Shown: piece by piece, positions 1 through 10,405 of the stretch | How positions within the stretch are numbered: position 1 is the first letter of the stretch | How the letters are laid out: each line of letters opens with the position of its first letter | From: Longimicrobiales bacterium | GTDB taxonomy: Bacteria; Gemmatimonadota; Gemmatimonadetes; Longimicrobiales; Gaopeijiaceae | DNA length: 64,000 nucleotides | Reading direction: 5' to 3' | Assembly (NCBI GenBank): GCA_965238005.1 | Contig: OZ250165.1 | Location: 3,840,001-3,904,000 of the forward strand | Made by a program: the position numbers and the translations under genes | The notes under the pieces: generated by a model | Told to the model about the DNA's origin: nothing | The model's database searches: none | Seen by the model: only the letters and a program-made list of their open reading frames with translations

Positions 1-539
1 GAGATGGTCTCGAACGCCGTGCCGTAGGGGCGGTTGTCGTAGCTCTGGCGCCGCTCGTTCTTCACCACGTCGCGCTGGATGTCGAGCTTCTCCTGGGTCA
101 TGGTGTCCAGGAGCCACCCCATGCGGTCCGCCTCGATCCACAGGGCGAGCTCGAGAGCGTTGGAGGAGACGGTCTCCAGATAGTTGGTGCGGTCGGTGGT
201 GGTCGACCCGTTGGGCGCTCCACCCACCGCCTCCAGGAGGTTGTCGATATCCCCTTCAGGCACGTTGGCCGACCCCTCGAACATGATGTGCTCGAAGAGG
301 TGGGCGAACCCGGTCCGCCCCGGGCGCTCGTTCCTGGACCCCACGTGATACCAGAGATTCACGGCGACCACGGGCAGGGACCGATCCCTGTGGACGATCA
401 CGTTGAGGCCGTTCTCGAGGGTGAACTGGGTGTACGGGATGTACACCTCCATGAACTCCTCCTCCTGTGCCGAAATGACGTTGGGCCAGACGGCCAGGAA
501 CGCGAGGGCGACCGCGCAACCCCCCGCAACTCTCACCAT
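1..539 (-). CDS. M16 (pitrilysin/insulinase) family zinc peptidase, N-terminal part; runs off the window
   Basis: Manual translation: signal-like MVRVAGGCAVALAFLAVW, then FTLENGLNVIV...WYHVGSRNERPGRTGFAHLFEHIMF with the inverted zincin HxxEH motif. Not in the ORF track. Confidence 0.9.
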   Translation of the reverse strand, partial: MVRVAGGCAVALAFLAVWPNVISAQEEEFMEVYIPYTQFTLENGLNVIVHRDRSLPVVAVNLWYHVGSRNERPGRTGFAHLFEHIMFEGSANVPEGDIDNLLEAVGGAPNGSTTTDRTNYLETVSSNALELALWIEADRMGWLLDTMTQEKLDIQRDVVKNERRQSYDNRPYGTAFETI

Positions 540-642
540 GCATTACTCTACCAGACGCACAAGAGCGGGCCAGCCCACCGCCGTGCGAGCCCACGACGCA
601 GAGCCACACGCTGATAACGGATCTGTGGAAGATAAGGTACGA

Positions 643-1502
643 TCAGGGACGCGTCATGAGTCTCTCGCGTAACGCGCCCGTAACGAACTCCTCTTCGAGG
701 AAGGTCTTGCACACCTCGTGTCCGTCTTCCACCCGGTCCGAGACGGCCTCCACGAGGGGCAGATCTCCAGATTCGGCCCGCAGTCGGGCCCGCTCCACGA
801 GCTCGTAGGCCCGGTCCTCCTCACCGGACGCCGCGGCCGCCAACGCGGCCACGAGAGCAATTTCCACGTCCTCCGGACGGAGGTCCGCGGCCCCCAGGAG
901 ATCGCCGAGCGCGTCTTCCGTTCGGCCCAAGCTCACCAGGACGAGCCCGGCCAGCGCCCGCGCCCAGCCGTCTTCCGGATCGACCTCCCAAGCCTTTGAG
1001 AAAGTCTCCACGGCCTCGTCGAGGCGCCCGCTCAGGGCTAGCGCCACACCCCACTCGGTGAGCGTCTCGGGATTGTCGGGGGCAAGGCGAGGGCCGCCGA
1101 GAGCTCACGCAGGGCCTCCTCGAACATGCCCTCCCGGGACAGGTAGGCCCCGTACATGGTGCGGGCGAAGGGAACGTCGTCACCCATGAGGGCCGCCGTG
1201 CGCAGGGTCGACTCGGCCACCGGATCGTCAAAGCGGGCCAGGCCGTTTCCCGCGACGGCCAGGACGTGCGGGTCCCTGGGCACGGCGGCCACGCAGGCCC
1301 TGAAGCGCTCGTACGCAATGCCCTCCATGCCCAGCTCCCGCTCGGCCACGCCCAGCCAGCAGAGCACGGCCGGGTCGCCCGGATGCCGCTCGAGCATCTC
1401 CCGCAAGTACTCGGCCATCCCCTGCCATTCGTCTTCGTCTCCGAGCTGGCGGGCGCGCTCGAGCTCCTGCTCCAGCTCCTGCCCTTCGCCGAAGTCGCTC
1501 AT
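643..1502 (-). pseudogene. TPR-repeat protein split by a 1-bp frameshift near 1085 (real lesion or sequencing indel)
   Basis: ORFs 1038-1595 and 643-1047 join into continuous TPR-like helices (..ALA / APDNPETLTEWGVALALSGRLDEA..) if one base is added. The start overlaps the apgM stop (TGATG). Confidence 0.75.
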
Positions 1503-2716
1503 CAGGCGCCGTACTTCTCCAGCCGGACGGCGTGCGCCAGGGCCAGCGACATGAGCTCCTTGCCGGGCACGACCCCCAGGTCTCCCCCCCGGCACGCCGT
1601 CTCGCCGAACTCGTCCGCCGAGGGCCGTGCCCAGGGGGATGCGATGAGCGCCGGCACATGGTGCCAGGAGTGCTCGCGGTAGAGAGCGGGCGTGGAGTGG
1701 TCCCCCGTGACGATGACAACGTCGGGATTGAGGGCCGTGATCCTCGGAACGACGGCGTCCACCGCTTCGATGGCCGCCGCCTTGCCCTCGAAGTCGCCGT
1801 CGTGGCCCAGGGAGTCCGGGTCCTTGAAGTGGACGAAGTAGAAGTCGTAGTAGCCGTAGTGTCCCTCCAGGAGGGCCACGGTCTCTTCGTTGGATCCGGG
1901 CACGCCGTCCACCGTCATCCCCACCAGACTCGCCACCCCCCTGTACATGGGGTACTTGGCCACGGCCACCGCACGGAGGCCATAGCGCTCCTGGAAGGTC
2001 GGATAGGGGGAGAACTGTGCGAAGCCCCGTGCCAGGAATGTGTTGGCCTGCGGCTCGTCGGCGAGGATCTCCCCGACCTGGTCCAGGAGGCCCTGGATCA
2101 TCTCGGCCGTGGAGGCCGAGGCGGGATCCGTGGCGGTCACCGGGACGGGCCTCAGCCCCGTTCGTTGCGGATCCGTGTCCTCCAGGTCGGCGCCCAGCGC
2201 GCCACCCCGAAGCACGAGGACGGCGCGGTGCTCCTTCTCGTGGATGAGCGTGACCTCCACGCCGTCGGGCGGGCGGATCTCAGCCAGCACCCGGTCCACC
2301 ACCCGCCCCCCGTCTTCGTCGGAGGGACGCCCGGCCCGGCGGTCCGTCACCACGCCGTCGCCATCCAGGGTGGCCAGGTTCAGGCGCGCCGCCACGTCTC
2401 CCGTGTGTAGGTCGAACCCGACGCCCAGGGCGCTCAGGACCCCGCGTCCGATCATGGAGGTGACGGGATCATAGCCGAAGAGGGCGAGATGCCCCGGCCC
2501 GCTCCCCGGCGTGACCCCGTGCGCCACGGGCACGATCATGCCAAGCGAGCTCCGGGTCGCCAGGGCGTCTAGGTTGGGATTTGAAGCCGACTCTAGCTCC
2601 GTCCTGCCCGTATCCGGATGGGGCAGCCCGCCGAGGCCGTCCAGCACCACCAGGATGATCGTTCCACCATCGACACCCCGGAGGGCGAGCTCGTGGGGGA
2701 GCGAGGCGTGTGTCAT
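1502..2716 (-). CDS. apgM: 2,3-bisphosphoglycerate-independent phosphoglycerate mutase (ApgM type)
   Basis: LDGLGG, TPGSGPGHLALFGYDP, DSLGHDG, TGDHSTP and HSWH metal-binding motifs. Confidence 0.9.
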   Translation of the reverse strand: MTHASLPHELALRGVDGGTIILVVLDGLGGLPHPDTGRTELESASNPNLDALATRSSLGMIVPVAHGVTPGSGPGHLALFGYDPVTSMIGRGVLSALGVGFDLHTGDVAARLNLATLDGDGVVTDRRAGRPSDEDGGRVVDRVLAEIRPPDGVEVTLIHEKEHRAVLVLRGGALGADLEDTDPQRTGLRPVPVTATDPASASTAEMIQGLLDQVGEILADEPQANTFLARGFAQFSPYPTFQERYGLRAVAVAKYPMYRGVASLVGMTVDGVPGSNEETVALLEGHYGYYDFYFVHFKDPDSLGHDGDFEGKAAAIEAVDAVVPRITALNPDVVIVTGDHSTPALYREHSWHHVPALIASPWARPSADEFGETACRGGDLGVVPGKELMSLALAHAVRLEKYGA

Positions 2717-2818
2717 GTATTCGTCCCGATCACAAGAGGCTCCGTGAACATTGCGGCTCCGTGAACATAGCGGCTCCGTGGAGCCGAATCGACGCATGGG
2801 GGTACGTCCGCCAGACAG

Positions 2819-2878
2819 CTACCTGCCGGGCAGCGACCTGCCAGGCAACTACCCGCCAGGCAAGGACCCACAGGGACC
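2819..2878. repeat. Four imperfect 15-bp tandem repeats in a divergent intergenic region
   Basis: ctacctgccgggcag / cgacctgccaggcaa / ctacccgccaggcaa / ggacccacagggacc. Confidence 0.6.
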
Positions 2879-2899
2879 CTGGACGAGGAGGACGAGGAC

Positions 2900-4033
2900 G
2901 TGCGTTACAGCCCCTTCGCCATGGAGCGGTGGCAGTCCACGTACGAACACCGCGTACGCTTCAACCTGTCGGAGAGCGGTGTGCATCCACTCTCGGTCTC
3001 AGAGCTCCTGGGGCTGGCTGACCGCGGGCCGGAGGTCCTGGACGTCGGGCTGGGCTACGGACAGTCCAACGGCAGCGACGAGCTGAGGGACCGCATCGCG
3101 GCCCTATACCCCGGAGCAACCGAGGCGTCGGTCCTGGTGACGATCGGAGGGGCGGAAGCCAACTTCGCGGCCTTCTGGCACCTTCTCGATCCCGAGGCCC
3201 CCACCGCCGTCATGCTCCCCAACTATATGCAGGTGCCCGGCCTGCTGGAGAGCTTCAAGGCTCCGATCCTGCCCTATCACCTCATGGAGGAAGCGGGGTG
3301 GCAGCCCGACCTGGAGATGCTCGAGCGCTGCCTCGAGGAGGGAGCCCGCTCCATCCTGGTCACGAACCCCAGCAACCCGACAGGCGCAGTGCTGAGTCCC
3401 GAGTCCATGTCGGGTATCGTGGCGCTGGCCGAGCGCTACGGCGCCTGGATCTTGGCGGACGAGGTCTATCAGGGAGCCGAGCTCGACGGCAATCAGACCC
3501 CGTCCTTCTGGAGACGGACCGAGCGCGTGATCGTCACCAACTCGCTGTCCAAGGCCTACGGCCTTCCGGGTCTGCGCCTGGGATGGCTCCTGGGCCCGCC
3601 GGAGATCATGGAGGGCATGTGGGGCCGGACCGACTACACGACCATCGCCCCGGCCAACCTGTCCGACACCCTGGCTTGCCTGGCCCTCGAGCCCTCGACC
3701 CGGCAGAAGATCCTGGCCCGGACGCGAGGCATCCTCAACGACAACCTGGGCCTGTTGACCGAGTGGCTGGATGGCCAGGAGGGTCGCTATACGTATCGCC
3801 CGCCCGACGCCGGAGCCATCTGCTACGTCCGCTACAACACGCCGGTGAACTCCACCCAGTTCGCAGAGAAGATCCGGACGGAGATGGACCTTCTGGTGGT
3901 CCCGGGAGACCATTTCGGTATGGACGGCTATCTGCGCTTGGGGTTCGGACCGCCTGCGGAGGAGTTCCAGGAGGCGCTCGGGAGACTGGCCGAAGCCTTC
4001 GACCAGGTGGAGGCGGGGGCCGCTGCGGGCTGA
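2900..4033 (+). CDS. PLP-dependent aminotransferase class I/II
   Basis: NPSNPTG, ADEVY and SLSKAYGLPGLRLGW (PLP lysine). Confidence 0.92.
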   Translation: MRYSPFAMERWQSTYEHRVRFNLSESGVHPLSVSELLGLADRGPEVLDVGLGYGQSNGSDELRDRIAALYPGATEASVLVTIGGAEANFAAFWHLLDPEAPTAVMLPNYMQVPGLLESFKAPILPYHLMEEAGWQPDLEMLERCLEEGARSILVTNPSNPTGAVLSPESMSGIVALAERYGAWILADEVYQGAELDGNQTPSFWRRTERVIVTNSLSKAYGLPGLRLGWLLGPPEIMEGMWGRTDYTTIAPANLSDTLACLALEPSTRQKILARTRGILNDNLGLLTEWLDGQEGRYTYRPPDAGAICYVRYNTPVNSTQFAEKIRTEMDLLVVPGDHFGMDGYLRLGFGPPAEEFQEALGRLAEAFDQVEAGAAAG

Positions 4034-4035
4034 GA

Positions 4036-4278
4036 CTACCCCGAGCGCAGCCAGTCCCCGAGCCGCTCCATGGCACGGACGAACTCTTCCGCCTCCTCCC
4101 GGGCGGACTCGGGAACCAAGGCGGCCAAGTCGCGGGCTTTCTTCAGGTCGTCGGTGATCGTATCGGCCTCCGCCGAGACCCAGATTTCTCTTAACTGATC
4201 GATCACGGCTCTTCTCGACCCGCCTTCCGTGGAGCTTTGGATCGCCGCCTCCAGGCGCGAATGATATTCAACGATCAT
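4036..4278 (-). CDS. Small hypothetical helical protein
   Basis: 80-aa ORF with amphipathic helical composition, ending 2 nt from the convergent gene; no recognisable motif. Confidence 0.3.
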   Translation of the reverse strand: MIVEYHSRLEAAIQSSTEGGSRRAVIDQLREIWVSAEADTITDDLKKARDLAALVPESAREEAEEFVRAMERLGDWLRSG

Positions 4279-4386
4279 GCCGAAACGGCCGGTAACGCAA
4301 GACCGCCGCACGTTGCGTCGCCTCTTGAGGATACCGTTATTACGGTCGGTCTCGCTCACATCTTTCCGGCGGGCCCGTTTGGAGCT

Positions 4387-4926
4387 CGCGCCATGCGCAC
4401 CGCCGAGCAGATGGCGCCGGTGCTGCTGTGGATCGACGAGCTGGAGAAGGCGTTCGCCACGGGCGGTAGCGAGGACGGCGGCGTGTCGCAGCGCATCCTG
4501 GGAAGCTTCCTCACCTGGATGCAGGACCGGCAGGGTGACGTCTTCATCGTAGCCACGGCCAACGACATCACCCGCCTGCCTGCCGAGTTCCTACGTAAGG
4601 GGCGTTTCGACGAGATCTTCTTCGTGGATCTCCCCGACGTGGATACCCGCGCCGAGATCTTCCGGATCCACCTGGAAAACCGCGGGAAGGCGTCCGCCGA
4701 CCTCGACCTGCACGCCCTCGGCGCCGCCACTCCCGGCTTCAGCGGATCGGAGATCGAGCAGGTGGTGGTCTCGACTCTCTACTCGGCTTTCTCGGGGACG
4801 GACGAGCTGACCATGAACGCGCTCCTGAACGAGATCAAGCGCACTCGGCCCCTCTCGGTGATGCGCGCGGAGCACGTGGAGGGACTAAGGGCCTGGGCCA
4901 AGGAGAGGACCAGACCGGCGAACTAG
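4387..4926 (+). pseudogene. 5'-truncated AAA+ ATPase (Ycf46/SpoVK-like)
   Basis: Walker B (LLWIDELEK), sensor (ATAND) and SRH (LPAEFLRKGRFDEIFFVDLP) are present; no Walker A or N-terminus upstream. Confidence 0.8.
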
Positions 4927-4937
4927 GCGGCGACGGC

Positions 4938-5597
4938 TCAGGCGGGCTCAATGCACTCCGGGACGTCGTTGGCAGGAAAGTTCACCAGCGTCGACACGGC
5001 GTAGGCGGCCAGCTCGCCCTCGTATGGTCGGAGGATCTCCAGGACGTTCTCGGTCCGCACACTCTTGTCGAGCCATGTCGCGCGCTCGCCCTCGGGTACG
5101 ATGGCCGGCATGCGATCGTGAAGGGGACGGACCGCTTCGTTCGAGGCCACCGTGATGATGGTGAAGGAGTATACGGGCTCCTGGCCCCCGGCTTCCCACC
5201 GCTCCCAGAGCCCGGCCAGGCTCATCGGTGTGCGATTCGGGTCGTGAATCCAGTACGGGACTTTGCCCGACCCCTCCCGCACCCACTCGTAGAATCCGTC
5301 GGCCGGCACCAGACAGCGGCGGGCGACCACGGCCTCCTTGAAAGACGGCTTGGTCCGGAGCGTCTCGCCCCGGGCATTGATCATCCGGGATCCGATGGAC
5401 GGGTCATCGGCCCACGACGGAACCAGTCCCCAGTGCATCAGGCCCATCCGGATGCCCCGTCGATCCGAGGCCACGACCGGGGCCTCCTCCGTGGGAGCGA
5501 TGTTATAGCGCGGCTCGTGGTCGAACGTGACGGGTGGAACGTCGAAGACCTCTACCAGATCGTCCATTGGGGTGGATAGGGTATAACGGCCGCACAT
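4938..5597 (-). CDS. SRAP family abasic-site protein (YedK/HMCES-like)
   Basis: N-terminal MCGRY, RYNIAP, NARGET, GFYEW, HDRMP. Confidence 0.95.
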   Translation of the reverse strand: MCGRYTLSTPMDDLVEVFDVPPVTFDHEPRYNIAPTEEAPVVASDRRGIRMGLMHWGLVPSWADDPSIGSRMINARGETLRTKPSFKEAVVARRCLVPADGFYEWVREGSGKVPYWIHDPNRTPMSLAGLWERWEAGGQEPVYSFTIITVASNEAVRPLHDRMPAIVPEGERATWLDKSVRTENVLEILRPYEGELAAYAVSTLVNFPANDVPECIEPA

Positions 5598-5731
5598 GGC
5601 TCGGTCTCACTCCAGCCTAGAACTCGTTCCCGTGGATGCCGCCCACACAGATGAGGGTCGGGCCCGGGCGTGCTCCCCGAACTCGACCCATCACCCGCTC
5701 GACGTCACCCCTTCGAGCGGGAGAAACCCCT

Positions 5732-7675
5732 TTAGTCCCCGAAAGCTGTGTCACTGGCCGTGTGCTGTTCCTCCATCAGCTTGCTCTCGAGAAGCTGGTA
5801 CGCGATGGGCATGAAGTCCGCCTCCGTCACCAGCCCAACGAGCTTCCCGCCCTTCACCACCGGCAGGCAAGAGACTCCTTGTTCCCTCATGATATCGATG
5901 GCTTCGAGCGTCGGTGTCTCGGGGGCCACCGTGATTGGATCTTCATCCATTATCGACCGCACCGGCATGGTTTCTTTAACGCCCTCGCTGCCGAACTCGG
6001 AGACCATCCGCAGAATCGATCGATACGACACCAGCCCCACCAAACGGTGCTGGTCGTCCTCCACCGGCACGTGCCTGATCTGCTTCCGGTCCATGAGAAA
6101 GGCGACCATCTCCAACAGCTCGTCTTCCTGTACGGTAAAGAGCTGGGTGGTCATGTACTGTTCCACCTTCGTGTAGTTCCTGGTCCATCCGCCGGCTTCC
6201 TCCAGCTGGGCCAGTCCCCATTCGTGGCCCGGCTTTCGCCCTATCTGGTTACGGACCGTGGCCGCCGTGAGCGCGGCCAGGCGCTCGGCGTGCGTGCCCC
6301 GGTGCTTCATCTCATGCAGGGAACGGATCATCCAATCCGACCCGGTGCCCCGGCTCTCGACCCGCGCCTGGATCACGCCGAGATACTTGTCCAGCTCCGA
6401 GGAGTCGACACGACCCTCGAGGCCTGCCCGGGCGAGAGGAATCAACGTGCCGAGGATGAGCTCGGGAGCGCTCACCTGCTCACCGTCCACCCAGTGGAAT
6501 CCCGCGTTGAGCCCTTGCCTGGACGCCGCCAAGAAGTTGTACTTGGCATCGTCGAAGTCGAGCCTCTGGGTGATGTCGTCGTACTCCTCGCGGGAGCCGC
6601 GGACCAGTCCGATCCAGAAGACGGCATTGGCCACTTCGTCCAGGACGGTGGGCCCTGCCGGGAGGGCCCGGCACTCGATCCTCAGGTGTGGCTTACCCTC
6701 CGAGATACCGTAGCACGGTCGATTCCAGCGGTAGACGGTGCTGTTGTGGAGCTGCAGGGCCTGCAGCTTCGGAATACACCCGGCCTCGAGCTGCTCGAAC
6801 GGATCCTCCTCGCAGTCCTGGGCCAGGAGCACCCTGAAGTTGGCGATGTCCGACTGGAAGAGCTCCGTCACCGACTTCTCCACCCATCGCTCTCCGAAGC
6901 GCACCCGGGGGCTCAGCTCGCGCAGATGAACGGCAGTGCTCCGCGTATCCAGGGACTGCTGGAAGAGCGCGATGCGGGTCTCGGCCCACAGGCGCTTCCC
7001 GAACAGGAGGGGGGAGTTGACCGCGGCCGCCACCACGGGCCCAATGACCGCCTGCGACAGGTTGTACATGTCGGCGAACTCGTCGGCGTCGACCTGGAGA
7101 TGGACCTGGCAGCTGGTGTTGCAGGCCTCGAGCATGACCGAGTCGTGCTCCAGGTGGAGCTCGTCCCGCCCCTCGATCCGGAGACGATAGGCCCCTCCGC
7201 GCATCTTGGTCAGGGCTTCGTTGAGGGCGTAGTAACGGGCCTTGGGGGTGATGTTGTCGAGGCTCAGATCGGACTTGCTCAGCGTGGGCAGGATGCCGGA
7301 CAGCACCACCTCGGCCCCGACCTCGCGGGCCGCATCCCTGACCATGCCCAGGAGCTCCTCGATCCGGACCTGCAGCGCGCTGAAGCATCGCCCCTCGAGC
7401 AACATCGGCTCGATGTTCACCTCCAGATTGAACCGGGCGAGCTCCGGGGTGAAGTTCTTGTGATCGAGGAGCTCGAGAACCTCCGGGCCGACGGGGGCGG
7501 GCCGCCAGGCGCGGTCGACCAGGAACATCTCCTGCTCGCAGCCGAAGCGGCGGACGCCCGACTCTATCATCCCGTCCTCCAGCATCTTCTCCAGGGCCCG
7601 CAGGTCCGTGAGAAGGGCCTTTGTGAAAGACCGGATCGATTCGCTGTCCTGCTCGGGGACGAGGTCTTGACCCAT
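5732..7675 (-). CDS. Glutamate--cysteine ligase (GCS2-like) fused to a C-terminal CBS pair
   Basis: GCEQEMFLVD, ELARFNLE, SCQVHLQV, NSPLLFGKRLW, RIECR; the C-terminal region has two CBS repeats (IRHVPVED..LVGLV, VSCLPVV..LVGLVT). Confidence 0.85.
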   Translation of the reverse strand: MGQDLVPEQDSESIRSFTKALLTDLRALEKMLEDGMIESGVRRFGCEQEMFLVDRAWRPAPVGPEVLELLDHKNFTPELARFNLEVNIEPMLLEGRCFSALQVRIEELLGMVRDAAREVGAEVVLSGILPTLSKSDLSLDNITPKARYYALNEALTKMRGGAYRLRIEGRDELHLEHDSVMLEACNTSCQVHLQVDADEFADMYNLSQAVIGPVVAAAVNSPLLFGKRLWAETRIALFQQSLDTRSTAVHLRELSPRVRFGERWVEKSVTELFQSDIANFRVLLAQDCEEDPFEQLEAGCIPKLQALQLHNSTVYRWNRPCYGISEGKPHLRIECRALPAGPTVLDEVANAVFWIGLVRGSREEYDDITQRLDFDDAKYNFLAASRQGLNAGFHWVDGEQVSAPELILGTLIPLARAGLEGRVDSSELDKYLGVIQARVESRGTGSDWMIRSLHEMKHRGTHAERLAALTAATVRNQIGRKPGHEWGLAQLEEAGGWTRNYTKVEQYMTTQLFTVQEDELLEMVAFLMDRKQIRHVPVEDDQHRLVGLVSYRSILRMVSEFGSEGVKETMPVRSIMDEDPITVAPETPTLEAIDIMREQGVSCLPVVKGGKLVGLVTEADFMPIAYQLLESKLMEEQHTASDTAFGD

Positions 7676-7762
7676 CGGTGCAATGCCAGATGCCCGCCGC
7701 ACTCTACTGCTTCGGCAGGCCTCTATCCTTTCGTGTATGCAGGTCTCGAATGCGGGATACTA

Positions 7763-8903
7763 GTGTAGTGTCGCTAAAGTGTCTTGCATAATGTAGGACT
7801 GTGTGGTATCGTATGACATGCCACTACCCATTCGTGTTCTGCCACTGCGCAGCGGGGACCGCGCGCGCCTCGAATCGCTGGTCCGATCCCGCACGACCCC
7901 CCAACGAGTGGTCGAGCGCGCCCGCATTGTGCTCGGGTCCGCCGCGGGGGACTCGGGCTCGACCATTTGTGCTGACGTCGGCGTCTCGCGCCCGACCGTT
8001 ACCCTCTGGTTGGATCGGTATGAAGCCGGCGGGCTTGCGGCCCTCCGGGCCGATCGCCCGCGGTCGGGACGTCCGAAACGTATTACCCAGGCCGAGGAGG
8101 AAGCCATCGTGCGCCGCACGACACAAACGACGCCGCCCCAAGGCCGCGGCACCCATTGGAGTACGCGGCTGATGGCCGAGGTGACCGGCTTGCATCACTC
8201 CACGATTGCGCGCATCTGGAAGGCCCATGGGCTGCGCCCCCATCGGGTCCGGTCGTTCAAGTTGTCCACCGACCCCGCCTTCGTGGAAAAACTCCGGGAT
8301 GTCGTCGGGTTGTACCTGCAGCCGCCCGAGCGGGCGATCGTCTTCTCGTTTGATGACAAGAGCCAGATCCAGGCCCTGGATCGCACCCAGCCAGGCCTGC
8401 CGCTGAAGCGCGGGCGTGCCGGCACCTTCACCCACGATTACAAGCGCCATGGCACGACGACGCTGTTTGCGGCCCTCGATGTGGCCACCGGCCACGTCAT
8501 TCAGGCATGCATGCCGAAGCATCGCCATCAGGAGTTTCTCAAGTTCATGAACACGGTCGTGCGGATGACCGCGAAGGATCTGGACATCCACGTCATCCTC
8601 GATAACTACGCCACGCACAAACATCCCAAGGTGCAACAGTGGCTCCACCGTCATCGGCGAGTCCATTTCCATTTCACGCCCACCTCCGCGTCCTGGCTCA
8701 ATCTTGTCGGACGGCTCTTCAGCGAACTCACCGAGCGACAACTGCGGCGCCTCGCCGTCACCAGTGTCGACGAGTTGATCCAAGCCATCACCGACTACAT
8801 CGAGTGTCGCAACGAAAACCCCAAACCATTCACCTGGACAGCTACCGTCCGTCAGATTCTCAAGAAGGTCAACAAAGCCAATGAGACTTTGGCGACACTA
8901 CAC
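7763..8903 (+). mobile_element. IS630-family insertion sequence
   Basis: Terminal inverted repeats GTGTAGTGTCGC(T/C)AAAGT, flanked by duplicated TA within CTAG (7760-7763 and 8903-8906). Confidence 0.92.
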
Positions 8904-8906
8904 TAG
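7818..8906 (+). CDS. IS630 transposase (catalytic Glu apparently replaced by Gly)
   Basis: HTH region, DDKSQIQALDR, THDYKRHGTTTLFAAL, ILDNYATH, TPTSASWLNLVG. Confidence 0.9.
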   Translation: MPLPIRVLPLRSGDRARLESLVRSRTTPQRVVERARIVLGSAAGDSGSTICADVGVSRPTVTLWLDRYEAGGLAALRADRPRSGRPKRITQAEEEAIVRRTTQTTPPQGRGTHWSTRLMAEVTGLHHSTIARIWKAHGLRPHRVRSFKLSTDPAFVEKLRDVVGLYLQPPERAIVFSFDDKSQIQALDRTQPGLPLKRGRAGTFTHDYKRHGTTTLFAALDVATGHVIQACMPKHRHQEFLKFMNTVVRMTAKDLDIHVILDNYATHKHPKVQQWLHRHRRVHFHFTPTSASWLNLVGRLFSELTERQLRRLAVTSVDELIQAITDYIECRNENPKPFTWTATVRQILKKVNKANETLATLH

Positions 8907-8966
8907 GCCGAGCCCACGCGGCCGATCAAGCGCGGCCTCCGACGGTGGCGGAAGCCGCGCACCACA

Positions 8967-9638
8967 TCACTCGAGAAATGTAGCGATCTTGTCGAGTGAC
9001 TTCTTGCCGATATGGGGCACCGTGGAGTCCGCCTCCGGATGGCCCACCACCAAGATCAAGAAGGCACGCTCGTTCTTGGGCCGGCCGAGAATCTCGTTCA
9101 GAAACCCCATGGGTGACGGGGTGTGCGTGAGGGAGACCAGTCCAGCCCAGTGCACGGCGGTGATCAACATCCCCGTGGCGATGCCCACCGACTCGGTCAC
9201 ATAGTAGTTCTTGACCTTCTCGCCGTCCTCCCCCACCTCGTGGCTCTCGGCGAAGATCACGATCAGGTAGGGTGCCCTCACCAGAAAGGGCTTCTCCGCG
9301 TCGGTCCCCAGATGCTCCAGCGCTTCCAGCCATTCGTCGGAGGCGCCGCCCGAATAGAACGCCCGCTCTTCCTCCTCGGCCGCCTCCCGGATCTTGCGCT
9401 TGATCTCCGGGTCGCCCACCACTACGAAGTGCCAGGGCTGGCGGTTAGCACCGTTGGGGGCCGTCCCCGCCGCCAATAGGCAGGCCTCGATCACCTCACG
9501 CGACACAGGCCGATCGGAGAAGTCACGGACGGTGCGGCGCTTGCGCAACTCGTTCCGGAAGGCCTCGGACCGGGCCTTCATCTCGTCTTCGGGAATCTGC
9601 ACGTAGTCCGGAAGGGGGATGAACCGAGGTTCGGTCAT
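8967..9638 (-). CDS. Nitroreductase family, iodotyrosine deiodinase (IYD)-like
   Basis: [49 protein letters not shown]. Confidence 0.85.
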   Translation of the reverse strand: MTEPRFIPLPDYVQIPEDEMKARSEAFRNELRKRRTVRDFSDRPVSREVIEACLLAAGTAPNGANRQPWHFVVVGDPEIKRKIREAAEEEERAFYSGGASDEWLEALEHLGTDAEKPFLVRAPYLIVIFAESHEVGEDGEKVKNYYVTESVGIATGMLITAVHWAGLVSLTHTPSPMGFLNEILGRPKNERAFLILVVGHPEADSTVPHIGKKSLDKIATFLE

Positions 9639-9642
9639 GGGT

Positions 9643-10197
9643 TCAGCTGCTCGTGAGTTGTTCGTGGACGAGGACCAGATCGCCGATGCGCTCCCAGGCG
9701 GCGAGCACTCGAGCCACCGGCACGCCCAACTGGTTCGAGAGAATGCGGATGTTGACCAGGGTCACCAGGGCCCCGTCTTCGAGAGGGAGGGTGGCCCAGG
9801 AAGCCCGCGGGGTAGCGGCGAAGCTCTGATACGTGTCTGCCAGCGGGCCGAGGCTCGTGCCCGGCGGGAAAGAGATGTGGAACACCCCGGCGCTCACCCC
9901 GTAGCGCTGGACGATCGAGGCCCACGGCGCTCCGGCACCCCGCTGCGTGGCAATCACGTCCGGAGACACGCCGGCCCGCCTCGCCAAGAAGAGGACCACC
10001 GCGATCTCCTCGGGCGGCAGCTGCCACTCTCCCAGGATCCGGACCTCTTCCAGGGAAACGGAGAAGGCGGCACCCACGGTCCGGTAGTACCCCTCCACGG
10101 CCTGGGCATCGGGTCCACGGCGCTGGGCCTTCAACAACGAAGGCAGGACGCACGTCACCACGAGCGCGCCCAACATGGCTTTCACGCCTGAACCCAT
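9643..10197 (-). CDS. Hypothetical exported protein
   Basis: Hydrophobic N-terminus ending LKA-Q; 4 nt from the next gene on the same strand. Confidence 0.6.
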   Translation of the reverse strand: MGSGVKAMLGALVVTCVLPSLLKAQRRGPDAQAVEGYYRTVGAAFSVSLEEVRILGEWQLPPEEIAVVLFLARRAGVSPDVIATQRGAGAPWASIVQRYGVSAGVFHISFPPGTSLGPLADTYQSFAATPRASWATLPLEDGALVTLVNIRILSNQLGVPVARVLAAWERIGDLVLVHEQLTSS

Positions 10198-10405
10198 GGC
10201 TCTCCTCCGGACCGGTGTGGGCCTCCACCCGGCGCGCTGCTCACCGCCGGATCTCCGCGACCCGCACACCTATATAACCTTCCGCCCGAATCGAGGATCC
10301 GTCATGCGCGACTGCACTGTGCGTGCCGCACTGCATCGAGGATCAGCCGCCGGCAGAGCTTGCCACCCTATTCCTGCCAAAACAGCAGGTTTCTTCGTCG
10401 TGCCG

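Noticed and set aside
1080..1095. Programmed frameshift in the TPR gene (also the shifts near 11300 and 46392)
   Set aside because: No slippery heptamer seen; single-base indels are better explained by sequencing error or decay.
5636..7768. Long antisense ORFs (710 aa here; also 11698-13305, 21775-23673, 27038-28522, 39507-41429, 50543-52177)
   Set aside because: Shadow frames of well-supported genes on the opposite strand; expected in GC-rich DNA, with no motifs.
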